Positions 1 through 10,746 of a stretch of DNA of 64,000 nt are shown piece after piece. The stretch is from NCBI GenBank assembly GCA_027858735.1, contig JAQICC010000262.1, positions 1,879 through 65,878 of the forward strand. Reading direction: 5' to 3'. This DNA is from Salinivirgaceae bacterium (GTDB taxonomy: Bacteria; Bacteroidota; Bacteroidia; Bacteroidales; SZUA-534). Positions within the stretch are counted from its first letter, which is position 1. Every line of letters begins with the position of its first letter. The notes beneath the pieces were generated by a model. It did no database searches. It saw only the letters and a list, made by a program, of their open reading frames with translations, and was not told where the DNA came from. The position numbers were made by a program, and so were the translations under genes.

Positions 1-3000
1 TGGCCAAATATTTACAATTATTCCTTGATGGCGAATCTGTAACTGAAATTGCTGAAGGTCGCGTAAACGAGAAAAAAGACAAGGTCGTTTTCATCTTCTC
101 TGGTCAGGGTCCGCAATGGTGGGGTATGGGTCGTCAATTGTTCGAGAATGAACCTTTGTTTCGCACATGGATAGAAAAACTAGATGGAATGCTGGCTAAG
201 CATGCTGACTGGTCTTTAATTGAAGAACTAACAAAAGACGAAGAAACATCGCGCATTAGTCAAACCCATATTGCTCAGCCATCTATTTTTGCCGTTCAAA
301 TTGCATTGTTTGAAATGTGGAAAGCAATGGGTGTTCATCCCAAAGCTGTAGTCGGACATAGTATTGGTGAAGTAGCTGCTGGTTATGTTTCGGGCGCTCT
401 TACCTTAGAACAAGCTGTACTGCTAATTTTTCACAGAAGCCGTGTGCAGTTCAAAGCTACCGACAAAGGTCGCATGCTTGCAGTAGGTATTTCTCACGAA
501 GAAGCAAAAAAACTTATTGCCGGTAAAGAAGATAAAGTATCGGTTGGTGCTGTAAATGGCCCTGAAATGGTTGCGCTATCCGGCGATATCGATGTAATTG
601 AAGCAATTGCTGAAGACTTAAACGAAAGAGATATTTTTCACCGCATATTAGCCGTGAATGTTCCCTTCCACAGTCACCATATGGAACCACTAAAGGAGGA
701 GCTGTTGGCTTCACTTGGTGAGTTCAAAACCAAGCCTTCAACTATACCTTTCTACTCAACTGTAGCAGGTGGAATTGTAAAAGGTGAAGACCTTGATCCA
801 ATGTATTGGTTCCGTAACGTTCGCGAGCCTGTACTTTTCACCGATGCAATATCGGCTCAAATTGAAGATGGTTTCGACACTTTTATTGAACTGGGCCCCC
901 ATCCTATTCACGCAATTGGTGTTGAAGGATTGTTAGTCGACAAAAAGGTAAAAGGTCTGGTAATTCATTCGCTAAGAAGAAAAGATAACGAGAAAAAAAT
1001 ATTTCTTTCTTCTGTCGCTAAATTACATACCTGGGGTGTTGCAATAGATTGGAAAAACTTCTATGGAAACGACAATGGTTGGGTAGACTTGCCACGTTAC
1101 CCTTGGCAAAAAGAATCGTATTGGATAGAAAGCGTAGAAGGCAAAAAAACACGTTTAGGTGGTATTGAATTTGGTCATCCTCACCTTAACAAAAAAACCT
1201 CTTCTGCTCGCGAAAATAATAATATAGTTTGGGATGTAATATTGGACAAACGTACCTATCCATATCTCGAAGATCATAAAGTTCAGGGACCCATTGTATT
1301 CCCCGGAGCTGGTCACGTCGATCTTGTTATTGGTGCCGCAAAAGCTTCGTTCGGAGATAAGTTTGAATTTATTGAAGATTTAAACTTCGACAATGCATTG
1401 TTTCTTCCTGATTCTGGTGAGCCACCATTGATTCAAATGGATATATCGCACGATAGTGGTGATTATTTTATTTATTCTAAAGCAAGAAAGAAAGATGCTC
1501 CATGGACAATGTGCTCGAACGGAAAAATCAATCATATTGGCGATACCTTTAAGTCTATTCCTGTAGATTTTGAAGCTATAAAGAAACGTATTACCATTCC
1601 TGTGCCGGTTAAACCAATGCACGACGAACTGCTTGAAAGTGGTCTGTATTTAGGCCCATCATTCCGTGCTATTAAGAATTTATGGAGAAGCGATGGAAAC
1701 TGGGAATCGCTAAGCGAAATTGAAGTGCATGAAAGCATTCGATCAGAATTCCACCAATTTAATATACATCCGGGTGTTTTAGATAGCTGTTTCCAAACAG
1801 TATTTGGAATTTTCAATGAACGTGAGGATGTAAATAAAAAAATGGGGGTTTATGTTCCTCGTCATATCGATCGTATTAAATGGTATAACGATGTAAATTC
1901 CTTTAAACTATTTGTTCATGGCCGTTTAAGAGAGTGGACAGATGAAAAAGCAGTTGGCGAACTATGGATATTTAATGAAGATGGTTCTCTGGTAGCAGAA
2001 TTCCATGGTTTCCATTCTCAATACCTTAAGGGTTCTCGTGGAGAACAAGGTGGAGAGCAGGACAAATGGTTCTATGAGTACAACTGGAATATGAAATCCA
2101 GAGCCGATCAGGAACTAACACGTAATCCGGGTGATTATCTGTCCACTCCTACAGCAATTGCTCCTGGTGTTCTGGAAACAATTAATGAAGTAAAAAACAG
2201 ACCCGAACAAAACGAGTATTATAACAATTACGAGCCTAAGCAATATGACCTAACAATGGGCTACATCTGTAGATCATTAAAGGACATGGGCATGGCATTT
2301 GAAATTGGTGCCAAGGCAGATGTTGAAGAATTAATTGGCAAGATGGCCGTTATTGAGGAACATCATCGCCTGTTTCACCATATGTTTAAGTTATTGCACG
2401 ATGCCGGAATTGTTTCCGGTGCAGATGGTCATTTCGAAGTGATAAAGGCTCCGAATTTCCGCGACGTAACTTTGTGGATGGACGAATTGAATGGTCAATT
2501 CCCTCAGTTCCATCACGAATCAACTTTATTAGGCCGATGTGGACCTGAAATTCAAGGTGTATTGCAAGGAACGGTAGACCCAATTGAACTTATCTTCCCT
2601 GAAGACAAGTGGGATGCTATTGTGCAATATTATATTGAGGGTTTTGCGTTTAAAAAATACAATGATATTGCGAGCAAATCGATTGCAGAATTGATTAAAA
2701 ATGTTCCGGAAGATCAAACAATTCGAATACTGGAAATTGGTGCAGGAACTGGTGGTATGAGCCAGGCTATTTTACCAATGCTTCCAGCAGATAGAACCGA
2801 ATATGTATTTACCGACCTTTCGCATATGTTTATGTTAAAGGCTCAACAGCGTTTTGATAAGTATCCATTTGTGCAGTACAAGATTCTGGATATTGAACAG
2901 AATCCTGCTGAACAAGGTTTCGACTTAAATACTTTTGACATAATTATTGCTTCTGATGTTATCCATGCAACACGTAACCTTAGTGTTTCACTAGGAAATG

Positions 3001-6000
3001 CACAGAAATTATTGGCTTCTGAGGGTGTTTTAATGCTGTTAGAAGTAACCAACTCTCCAGTTTACCTTGATTTTATTTTTGGTATGACTGAAGGATGGTG
3101 GTTGTTCGAAGATCTTGATATCAGAACCGAGCATGCTACAATGGCTCCTGAGAAATGGAAATCGGTGCTTGAGAACAATGGATACAGCGATGTAGCTTGC
3201 TACAGCGATTATCCTAAAAATGACATTTCTTGTCAAACTGTAATCATGGCTCGTGCCGAAAAGTTAGACCTCGAAGCAATTAAAAGCGACGATGACGCCA
3301 AATTAGCTAAAGGTAACTGGCTTGTATTTGCCGATAATAATGGGGTGTCTGACAAGGTAATTGATCAACTGAGTGCATTAAACAAAACCTGCACGACCGT
3401 TAAAATTGGTGATGGCTTTAAAGAAACAGCAGCAGGTAAATTTACCGTTGATGCGCTTTCGCAAGACGATACCTCTAAGGTTTTAGACTTTGCCAATAAA
3501 CAAGAAAACTTCGAAGGCATCATTTATGCCTGGGGACTAGATCTTTTGGATGATGCAAAGCTTTCTGCAGAATCAATAGAGCAAGGCGAAAGCCAGGGAA
3601 CTATCACGATGTTGAACATCATGAAGAAGTTAAATGACACCTCGTTTAAGAAGAACCCAAGTATTTGGGTGCTGCTAAGTGGTTCGCAAACTGTAGCGGG
3701 CTCACCTGAACTGCTTAATTTAAGTCAGGAAGGTCTCCGTGGGGTTAGCCGTTGTATTGTAAACGAATTTCCAAATTATATTACCTCATTGGTAGATTTC
3801 AGTTGTCCTGTGCAGGATAAAGAGATTGAAGTATTTATAGATGAACTATTTGCGAATGACCATATTGACGAATTAGCATTTCGTGGCAGAAAGCGCTATG
3901 TGAATAAACTGGAGCGAATTTCTCCTGATAACATTCAACAACGTGCCATGAAATCTGTACCTGCTGAAGGTTCGGCATATTCTGCTACTATATCGGAATA
4001 CGGTGTTCTTGATAATATTGTTCTAAGAGAGACTGAGCGAAAAGTACCTGAGGCAAACGAAGTTGAAGTTACCGTTAAAGCATCTGCATTAAACTTCCGT
4101 GACATAATGATTGCCATGGGCTTGCTTTCGGATGCAGCTGTAGAAGGCGGTTTATTTGGTAAAACATTTGGATTAGAATGCGCCGGAATTGTTAGCGCTG
4201 TTGGATCGGATGTAAAAAATCTTAAAGTTGGCGACGAGGTTATGGCAACCGCGCCATCCTGTTTGGGCGGATTTGCTTATCCATTAGGCGCTCACTGTGT
4301 GAAAAAACCAAAGAATATTAATTGGAACGAAGCGGCCAGTTTACCGGTGGTGTATACTACAGCATATTTCTCGTTAGTATATCATTGTCGCCTTCAAAAA
4401 GATGAAACTATTCTAATTCATGCCGCTGCTGGTGGTGTTGGTATTGCTGCTATTCATATTGCTAACGCGATTGGGGCTGAAGTTTATGCTACTGTAAGTA
4501 CGCAAGAGAAACGCGATTATATAATCGGACTGGGTGTAAAACCGGAGAACATCATGAACTCCAGAACACTTTCTTTTGCCGATGAAATAATGGAGAAGAC
4601 CAATGGTGTAGGTGTGGATGTTGTATTAAACTCACTTTCGGGTGAGGCCATTTTCAAATCTGTTCGTTGTTTATCGGCTTATGGTCGTTTTGTAGAGATT
4701 GGTAAAACCGATATTTATAGAAACAGCAAACTTGGGTTGCAGCCTTTCGGTAATAACCTAAGCTACTTTGGTGTAGATGTTGACCGACTATTCAAGCAGA
4801 AAGCTGAATTTGGTGGTAATCTGTTCCAGGATTCAATCGATTATTTTGTTGAGCATGGTTTCAAACCGCATCCGGTTACCGTCTTCCCAATTGCCAAACT
4901 GGCTGATGCTTTCCAATTTATGGGTGGTGCAAGACATATTGGTAAGGTTATCGTTTCTATGGAAGACAAGGTAAATGTTTTACCTCAGGAAGAGATAAAA
5001 TTTGATGCGAATGGTACCTACATGATTACAGGTGGAGCATCTGGTCTTGGACTGGGTGTTGCTAACTGGATGACAACACGCGGGTGTAAGAATCTTGTTC
5101 TATTAAGCCGTAGCGGAACCAAAACCGAGGAAGAAGCTGCAATTGTTCAGTCAATGCTTGATAAGGGTGTTAAGGTAATGTTGGCCAAAGGAAGTGTCGA
5201 TAATCAAAACGATATGGATCGCATCTTTAAAGAAATTAAAGATACAATGCCGCCACTTAAAGGTATTCAGCATGCTGCTATGGTATTGGATGATGGCAGT
5301 ATTCCAGAAATGACACAAGAGCGCTATATGAGAGTCTTTAACCCCAAAGCTGTTGGGTGTTGGATATTACATGAAGCAACAAAAAATATGGATCTGGATC
5401 ATTTTCTTTCGTATTCATCAATTTCTGCGATCTATGGTAATCCGGGTCAGGTTAGTTACGTAGGAGCAAATAGTTTTCTTGATAATTTCTCCCACTGGAG
5501 AAGAGCTCAGGGGCTGCCTGCAACCACAATAAATTGGGGTGTAATTGGCGATGTAGGTTTTGTTGCACGTATAGGAAAAGTTGGCGGAAATGTCGATGAG
5601 CTTTTATACAAGCAAGGATGGAAATCTTTTTCATTGGTACAAGCAACTAGTATATTAGAGGGGATCTTATTAAGCAATCCTATTCAACGCGTTGCAACCG
5701 ATTCCGACTGGGAAATGATTGGAGATTTCTTCCCACATAGTGCAGAATCGAGTCGATTTGCACACTTGGTAAATGAAAACCAATTAGGCGGAGGATCAAG
5801 TGCTGGTTCTGGCGATGGTGCTCTAAAAGCAAATATTCTAGAAGCAAAACCTGAGAAACAAAACGAATTATTACTAAGTCATTTGAATGATACTTTTGCC
5901 CGTGTATTAGGAACCACTGCTGATAAGTTAGATGTCAGCGAGCCTGTTACCAAGTACGGACTAGATTCACTAATGGCAAATCAGATACGTAACTGGGTAC

Positions 6001-6908
6001 AAAGCAATGTGGGTATCGATTACTCCATGATGAAGATCATGCGTGGCCCTTCAATGGAAGAAATGACTGAGCAGATTCTTGATGAAATACTTGGTGGAGC
6101 TGCAATCGATGGCATCGAGGGTGAAGTTAAGAGTGAATTAGATAAGTGGATAATTAGAATCAAGAAGGTTGAAAATCCAAGACTACGCCTGTTCTGCCTA
6201 CCCTACTTTGCGGGAGGTGCTTCCATCTTTAATACATGGCATGAGTTATTGCCAGACGATATAGAAGTTTGCGCAATTCAGTTACCTGGTCGCGAAGAAA
6301 GAGGAGACGAGAAACCCTTCGATGATGTATTTGAATTAGCATCGAAACTTACTGAAGTAATGGAGCCTCTGTTAACTACTCCTTGTGCTTTTTATGCACA
6401 CAGTTCAGGTGCTGGTGTTGCTCTTGAATTAGCGCGCTACTTACGCAAGAATCTTGATGTACATCCTACCCGATTTATGGTTGGAGGATGGAGAGCGCCA
6501 CACTTAGAAAGTCCTTTTGAATTCCTTAATGCAATTAATGAAGACGAAGTATATAAGGAGAAGAATATCCCAAACATTAAAGGTCATCTTCGTTCTTTAG
6601 AGATTCCCGATTCTATAATCGATAACGATGCTGTATTTAATGAAATGCTGCCTGCATTGCGCGCAGATATTCTTCTTGGAAAGAAATACAAGTATTACGA
6701 TGAGGAGCCTCTTAACTGTCCATTAACAGCATTCGCAGGTAAGGATGATTCAGTTTTCTCAGAAGATCAAATAAAAGAATGGAGACAGCATACTTCAAAC
6801 AAATTCAAATTTGAAGTTATACAAGGAAGTCACCTATTCTGTAGAGATAATAAGGAGGAATTATTGAAGTATGTTACGGAGGAACTATCTGATTTAATCA
6901 GCAATTAA
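1..6908 (+). CDS. Type I polyketide synthase / FAS-like megasynthase, 5'-truncated by the window edge. Domains seen: AT-DH-CMeT-(structural linker)-ER-KR-ACP-TE
   Basis: The frame of ORF 126..6908 stays open back to nt 3 (AKYLQLFLDGESV...KVVFIFSGQGPQWWGMGRQL, the AT N-terminal GQGxQxxGMG motif), so the gene starts upstream of the window. Motifs: AT GHSIGE (nt ~354) and VPFHSHHM; DH HKVQGPIVFP (HxxxGxxxxP, nt ~1275) and HPGVLDSCFQ; SAM-MT LEIGAGTGG (nt 2730); ER ALNFRD and HAAAGGVGIAAI (nt 4419); KR ITGGASGLGLG (nt ~5025) and SYVGAN; ACP GLDSLM (Ser codon 5967-5969); TE AHSSG (Ser codon 6402-6404). Confidence 0.93.
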   Translation, partial: AKYLQLFLDGESVTEIAEGRVNEKKDKVVFIFSGQGPQWWGMGRQLFENEPLFRTWIEKLDGMLAKHADWSLIEELTKDEETSRISQTHIAQPSIFAVQIALFEMWKAMGVHPKAVVGHSIGEVAAGYVSGALTLEQAVLLIFHRSRVQFKATDKGRMLAVGISHEEAKKLIAGKEDKVSVGAVNGPEMVALSGDIDVIEAIAEDLNERDIFHRILAVNVPFHSHHMEPLKEELLASLGEFKTKPSTIPFYSTVAGGIVKGEDLDPMYWFRNVREPVLFTDAISAQIEDGFDTFIELGPHPIHAIGVEGLLVDKKVKGLVIHSLRRKDNEKKIFLSSVAKLHTWGVAIDWKNFYGNDNGWVDLPRYPWQKESYWIESVEGKKTRLGGIEFGHPHLNKKTSSARENNNIVWDVILDKRTYPYLEDHKVQGPIVFPGAGHVDLVIGAAKASFGDKFEFIEDLNFDNALFLPDSGEPPLIQMDISHDSGDYFIYSKARKKDAPWTMCSNGKINHIGDTFKSIPVDFEAIKKRITIPVPVKPMHDELLESGLYLGPSFRAIKNLWRSDGNWESLSEIEVHESIRSEFHQFNIHPGVLDSCFQTVFGIFNEREDVNKKMGVYVPRHIDRIKWYNDVNSFKLFVHGRLREWTDEKAVGELWIFNEDGSLVAEFHGFHSQYLKGSRGEQGGEQDKWFYEYNWNMKSRADQELTRNPGDYLSTPTAIAPGVLETINEVKNRPEQNEYYNNYEPKQYDLTMGYICRSLKDMGMAFEIGAKADVEELIGKMAVIEEHHRLFHHMFKLLHDAGIVSGADGHFEVIKAPNFRDVTLWMDELNGQFPQFHHESTLLGRCGPEIQGVLQGTVDPIELIFPEDKWDAIVQYYIEGFAFKKYNDIASKSIAELIKNVPEDQTIRILEIGAGTGGMSQAILPMLPADRTEYVFTDLSHMFMLKAQQRFDKYPFVQYKILDIEQNPAEQGFDLNTFDIIIASDVIHATRNLSVSLGNAQKLLASEGVLMLLEVTNSPVYLDFIFGMTEGWWLFEDLDIRTEHATMAPEKWKSVLENNGYSDVACYSDYPKNDISCQTVIMARAEKLDLEAIKSDDDAKLAKGNWLVFADNNGVSDKVIDQLSALNKTCTTVKIGDGFKETAAGKFTVDALSQDDTSKVLDFANKQENFEGIIYAWGLDLLDDAKLSAESIEQGESQGTITMLNIMKKLNDTSFKKNPSIWVLLSGSQTVAGSPELLNLSQEGLRGVSRCIVNEFPNYITSLVDFSCPVQDKEIEVFIDELFANDHIDELAFRGRKRYVNKLERISPDNIQQRAMKSVPAEGSAYSATISEYGVLDNIVLRETERKVPEANEVEVTVKASALNFRDIMIAMGLLSDAAVEGGLFGKTFGLECAGIVSAVGSDVKNLKVGDEVMATAPSCLGGFAYPLGAHCVKKPKNINWNEAASLPVVYTTAYFSLVYHCRLQKDETILIHAAAGGVGIAAIHIANAIGAEVYATVSTQEKRDYIIGLGVKPENIMNSRTLSFADEIMEKTNGVGVDVVLNSLSGEAIFKSVRCLSAYGRFVEIGKTDIYRNSKLGLQPFGNNLSYFGVDVDRLFKQKAEFGGNLFQDSIDYFVEHGFKPHPVTVFPIAKLADAFQFMGGARHIGKVIVSMEDKVNVLPQEEIKFDANGTYMITGGASGLGLGVANWMTTRGCKNLVLLSRSGTKTEEEAAIVQSMLDKGVKVMLAKGSVDNQNDMDRIFKEIKDTMPPLKGIQHAAMVLDDGSIPEMTQERYMRVFNPKAVGCWILHEATKNMDLDHFLSYSSISAIYGNPGQVSYVGANSFLDNFSHWRRAQGLPATTINWGVIGDVGFVARIGKVGGNVDELLYKQGWKSFSLVQATSILEGILLSNPIQRVATDSDWEMIGDFFPHSAESSRFAHLVNENQLGGGSSAGSGDGALKANILEAKPEKQNELLLSHLNDTFARVLGTTADKLDVSEPVTKYGLDSLMANQIRNWVQSNVGIDYSMMKIMRGPSMEEMTEQILDEILGGAAIDGIEGEVKSELDKWIIRIKKVENPRLRLFCLPYFAGGASIFNTWHELLPDDIEVCAIQLPGREERGDEKPFDDVFELASKLTEVMEPLLTTPCAFYAHSSGAGVALELARYLRKNLDVHPTRFMVGGWRAPHLESPFEFLNAINEDEVYKEKNIPNIKGHLRSLEIPDSIIDNDAVFNEMLPALRADILLGKKYKYYDEEPLNCPLTAFAGKDDSVFSEDQIKEWRQHTSNKFKFEVIQGSHLFCRDNKEELLKYVTEELSDLISN

Positions 6909-6919
6909 AACAGCTGAAA

Positions 6920-7648
6920 ATGGCAAATAACAAAGTTGCGGCCTGGAAAAATCTGGAAGACTTCCCTACTCTCTCTCATGGAGAAATTCATATTTGGCAA
7001 GTTTCTACAGATAATACTGCCACTAACTTTGTAGATTATACGGGTGCACTTTCGGAAGCTGAGCTTTCGAAAGTGCACTTTTTTGAATCTAAACATGCAA
7101 GGAATTCCTATGTAGCAAGTCAGGGTGCTTTAAGACAGTTATTGTCCGGATACCTGGGCATTTCACCAAAATTGGTGAATATTGGACGACAGAAAAAGGG
7201 GAAACCCTACTCTCTTGATTATGAAGGCCTGTATTTCAATTTATCCAATTCAGGAAACCTGGCCGTAATTGCTTTTTCGCGTGACAGTGAACTAGGAATT
7301 GATATTGAACAAATGCGGCATTTACCCGATTTGGACGAAATGATTCATACAAATTTCACAAGTAGCGAAATCAAGTTTATTAATACCAAACCAGAAGAAA
7401 GACTTAGGCGATTCTTTCGTTTCTGGACAGTAAAGGAGTCGTACTTGAAGGCCATTGGAGAAGGAATGCGATTAGCACCTGAAAATATTGAGTTTTCTAT
7501 GGATAATGAATCCATAAGACTGCTTTCTGTAAAGGGTGTTTCTGAACAGGAAGATTGGCACTTTAAGGAATTTTCTATATTAGCTGATTATGTGGGCACC
7601 CTTACTTACGATAAAGCCAATTCTATACTAATGCAAATGGAATTATAA
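6920..7648 (+). CDS. 4'-phosphopantetheinyl transferase, Sfp type
   Basis: 242 aa with GKPY, FNLSNSG, GIDIE and FWTVKESYLKAIG (the W/FxxKESxxK signature). It starts 12 nt after the PKS stop on the same strand. Confidence 0.88.
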   Translation: MANNKVAAWKNLEDFPTLSHGEIHIWQVSTDNTATNFVDYTGALSEAELSKVHFFESKHARNSYVASQGALRQLLSGYLGISPKLVNIGRQKKGKPYSLDYEGLYFNLSNSGNLAVIAFSRDSELGIDIEQMRHLPDLDEMIHTNFTSSEIKFINTKPEERLRRFFRFWTVKESYLKAIGEGMRLAPENIEFSMDNESIRLLSVKGVSEQEDWHFKEFSILADYVGTLTYDKANSILMQMEL

Positions 7649-7834
7649 TAATACCAAGCCATGCGGATCGCTTATTATAATTTCTATTTTTCTCTCAGTT
7701 ATCTGCCCTGATACCCTACAAGCTTATATATTTTACCGCCTTCCTATTTTATCTTCTATTACGTCATTCCTTACCGAAGGAAGATAATACGGCAAAACAT
7801 AGAACGCTCTTTTCCTAAATTAAGTGGAAAAAAA

Positions 7835-8644
7835 TTATTTTGAGGTGCTGATTAATTCAGCCTTAAAAATCGTAATAGCCTTGCCCCTAATTTCTACAGC
7901 ATCATTTTTCAATCTTACATTGAGCTTGCCGGTACGTTTAGAAAGTTGAAAAGAATTAAATTCGGTTTTGCCAGTTTTCTCATGCCATAAGGGAGTTAAA
8001 GCGCAATGCGCCGACCCTGTTACCGGATCTTCATTAATACCCGATAATGGAGCAAAACAACGTACTGCAAAATCAATATCATTTAAATCGCTTTCTGATG
8101 TTATTATTAAATGACCTAAGCTATTGCTAATTAGCCCTTCCAAATTCGGATTAGCTTCAACAATATCTTTTTCCGATGCTGCTACTGCAATTTTCCAATC
8201 GTATAGGCTTGAATACATTTCAATGGGTTCAAAACCAAGCAAATTTTTGAAAATAGTAGGAATTTCAATGCTTTTAAGCGGATATCTTGGGAAAGTCATA
8301 CAAATCCATTCCTCCTCCATCTTAATGCTTAAATCGCCCCCTCCTGCTTTAAATAATATATTCTCCTGCCTATCAACAATGCCTAATTCATATAAAATAT
8401 GTGCACTTGCCAATGTTGCATGCCCGCATAATGGTACTTCTTTAGTTGGTGTAAAGTACCTAATATTGAAATGATCAACATTTTTAGATATGAAGGCTGT
8501 TTCAGAAAGATTCATTTCCATGGCCATGTTTTGCATCCATTCTGTATCTGTTGTTTCATCAACAATCATCACTCCTGCAGGGTTTCCTTTGAATGGAACA
8601 TCAGTAAAAGCATCAACTTGGAATATAGTTTTATTAGGAGTCAT
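7835..8644 (-). CDS. PhzF-family isomerase (phenazine biosynthesis-like protein)
   Basis: 269 aa. The N-terminus IFQVDAFTDVPFKGNPAGV and the internal PLCGHATLA and DPVTGSAHC are typical PhzF/YddE family motifs. Confidence 0.85.
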   Translation of the reverse strand: MTPNKTIFQVDAFTDVPFKGNPAGVMIVDETTDTEWMQNMAMEMNLSETAFISKNVDHFNIRYFTPTKEVPLCGHATLASAHILYELGIVDRQENILFKAGGGDLSIKMEEEWICMTFPRYPLKSIEIPTIFKNLLGFEPIEMYSSLYDWKIAVAASEKDIVEANPNLEGLISNSLGHLIITSESDLNDIDFAVRCFAPLSGINEDPVTGSAHCALTPLWHEKTGKTEFNSFQLSKRTGKLNVRLKNDAVEIRGKAITIFKAELISTSK

Positions 8645-8721
8645 AAAGAAAGAGATTTTGCGTGCATGTAGGGAGAAAAAAAGCGAGGCTTATGCCCCGC
8701 TTAATTATCGAATTGGTGGTA

Positions 8722-10728
8722 TTAAAAACCCAGTTTAAATACCAAAATATCTTGTTGTGGACTAAGCCTTGTAGTACTTACAATAGCAAAGTTTGCTTCA
8801 GCTGCAGTAATACCATTTAAAATTAAACCTCCAGGTAAATTAAATACCTTAGCTTCATTTACAGTTCCAGAAGCATCCACCTTTGCTATTATGACTTTAT
8901 CGTCAGCAGAAGTTCCAGCCAAAAGCACACCATTATCACCCAGTGGCGTTATCGATTCTACAATAGGAAGCTTTTTAGCATCAAAAGTCGATTCCCATAA
9001 TGTATTTCCCGATGCATCGTTAGCCATTACATAACCTTCCATTTCTTTAAGACCTGCAAATATTATATTCCCATTATTTGCAATGTTAACAGCGGTAATT
9101 TTAATTGCAGGATCCACAATTTTATCCCATTTTAAATAACCACTCTTATCAATAGCAAAATACCAAGTTTCATTTGCTACATAAGCTGTATTAGAGGCAT
9201 CTAAGGCCACTCCGTAAATAGTGCCACCCTGAGAATAATTCCTGCTCCAGAGTTTTCGGCCTCCTTCGTTCACTCGTATTAAAAATGGTTGCATAGTAGA
9301 ATCAGCTTCATTGTATGCATCGCCGCAAAGCAGTGCTTTACCATCAGGATAAAGAGCCAAACTTTTTACTTCGCTACCCTCAAGTTTATTGTTATAAATA
9401 TTTTTTCCATCGTCACCCATCTTAAACAACCAGGCTTTACCCGTGATGCTATCAATAACGGCATTGGTAATACCAGCAACATAAACCTCATTTGTCGGTG
9501 TTATTACCACCTTATTTACCTGATCATCAAATTTATTACCCAAAATATTATTATTAATCATTGTACCCTCAGCGTTCAATTCAAGGAACCATGCATCATA
9601 CATTGCATCTTTAGTAGCTTTCGTATTTGCGATTAATAATATCTCGCCATTAGGCCGAACAACAACATCTCCACCAAAGTCATTCATATTTTGATTATCA
9701 TAACCTTTTATAAACTTGTAGTTTTCCATTGGAAAGTCCATTAATACCTTTTGCCCCAGAGCTGTTGCTTTTAGGTTAAAAATATCGATATACATTTCGC
9801 CTTCGGGGTAAAGAGCAACGAATTTATTGTAGGCTTCAATCGTATTTACACTTTTCGCCCATTCAAATAATAACTGGCGGGTTAACACTTTAGCTTCAGG
9901 CATTTTGCTTGAATTTGGGTATTCGCGCATGAACTGTTCTATAATCTCTAAACTACGTGTTTTAGCTGCGTCTTTAAAAGCCAATACACCCATTAGTTTT
10001 TTGGCATCTTCCACCTGTTCAGCCTCAGGATATTGCGCAACAAAACCTTTTAGAGCCGATAAGCTATTTTTTGAGAGTGCATCTTTGTAGGCAATAGCGT
10101 TACGTTTTTTGTTGGCAACTTTTACTTGAGCCGCATCTGGGTACTTCTTTATAAAAGCGTTATAGGCTTCAACCGTATTTGTATTTTCAGCAGTACGGTA
10201 GTCAATATAATTGCGAATATGCTCTACGTTATTAACATACTTTGATTCAGGAAATTCTGCCAGAAATTTATTGGCGTATTCAAGTTTATTTTCCTCACGT
10301 ACAAACTTTATTAACTTTTCTTCAACAATACTGCTATACCACTCCATGTTTTTATTAATGGGCCTATTGCGTCTTCTTTTATCAACACGCGGAAAATATA
10401 GGTTTAATGTAGCTAAATCGTCGGGTGAAAATTGTGCTTGGTTTTTGTTAGCTACTTGAAAGTATTTCCAGGCTTCAAAATAGTTTCGTTTGCTATAAGT
10501 GTCATAGGAATAAACAATTGATAAGCCCAAACTGGCCATTGCATCATCTTTTTCTTTTGACAAGACTTTTAAAAATTGCTTCCTTGCTTTGTTCATATTG
10601 TCATCAATATCATCCTGATCTCGTGCATCCATGCCTTTAAAAACATCACCATCCATTACCTTATATGCTCTTTGAGCAGAAGCCGATAAGGTGAATAAAA
10701 CGAATATTACTAGGTATATATTTTTCAT
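8722..10728 (-). CDS. Secreted protein of unknown function, with helical repeats in the N-terminal half and a beta-rich C-terminal half
   Basis: Signal peptide MKNIYLVIFVLFTLSASAQ. The N-terminal half has recurring F(x)xxYP(E/D)xxx helical repeats (FLAEFPESKY, FIKKYPDAAQ, FVAQYPEAEQ, FMREYPNSSK, FVALYPEGEM). The C-terminal half has G/D/N-rich strand repeats that look propeller-like. No specific family recognised. Confidence 0.55.
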   Translation of the reverse strand: MKNIYLVIFVLFTLSASAQRAYKVMDGDVFKGMDARDQDDIDDNMNKARKQFLKVLSKEKDDAMASLGLSIVYSYDTYSKRNYFEAWKYFQVANKNQAQFSPDDLATLNLYFPRVDKRRRNRPINKNMEWYSSIVEEKLIKFVREENKLEYANKFLAEFPESKYVNNVEHIRNYIDYRTAENTNTVEAYNAFIKKYPDAAQVKVANKKRNAIAYKDALSKNSLSALKGFVAQYPEAEQVEDAKKLMGVLAFKDAAKTRSLEIIEQFMREYPNSSKMPEAKVLTRQLLFEWAKSVNTIEAYNKFVALYPEGEMYIDIFNLKATALGQKVLMDFPMENYKFIKGYDNQNMNDFGGDVVVRPNGEILLIANTKATKDAMYDAWFLELNAEGTMINNNILGNKFDDQVNKVVITPTNEVYVAGITNAVIDSITGKAWLFKMGDDGKNIYNNKLEGSEVKSLALYPDGKALLCGDAYNEADSTMQPFLIRVNEGGRKLWSRNYSQGGTIYGVALDASNTAYVANETWYFAIDKSGYLKWDKIVDPAIKITAVNIANNGNIIFAGLKEMEGYVMANDASGNTLWESTFDAKKLPIVESITPLGDNGVLLAGTSADDKVIIAKVDASGTVNEAKVFNLPGGLILNGITAAEANFAIVSTTRLSPQQDILVFKLGF

Positions 10729-10746
10729 ATTTTCAATAGGTTAAAG

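Noticed and set aside
514-5646. Ten short ORFs (60-94 aa) inside the PKS gene: nine antisense and one out of frame on the plus strand (4777..4974). Examples are 514..714, 1380..1622, 1532..1816, 2386..2583, 3935..4117 and 5452..5646.
   Set aside because: All are embedded in a continuous 2260-aa frame with intact PKS domain motifs. Their products are low-complexity and unrecognisable, as expected for chance ORFs opposite a long gene.
8124-8738. Plus-strand ORFs 8124..8474, 8471..8671 and 8490..8738.
   Set aside because: They are antisense to, or overlap, the well-supported PhzF-family gene and the intergenic spacer. They have no recognisable motifs.
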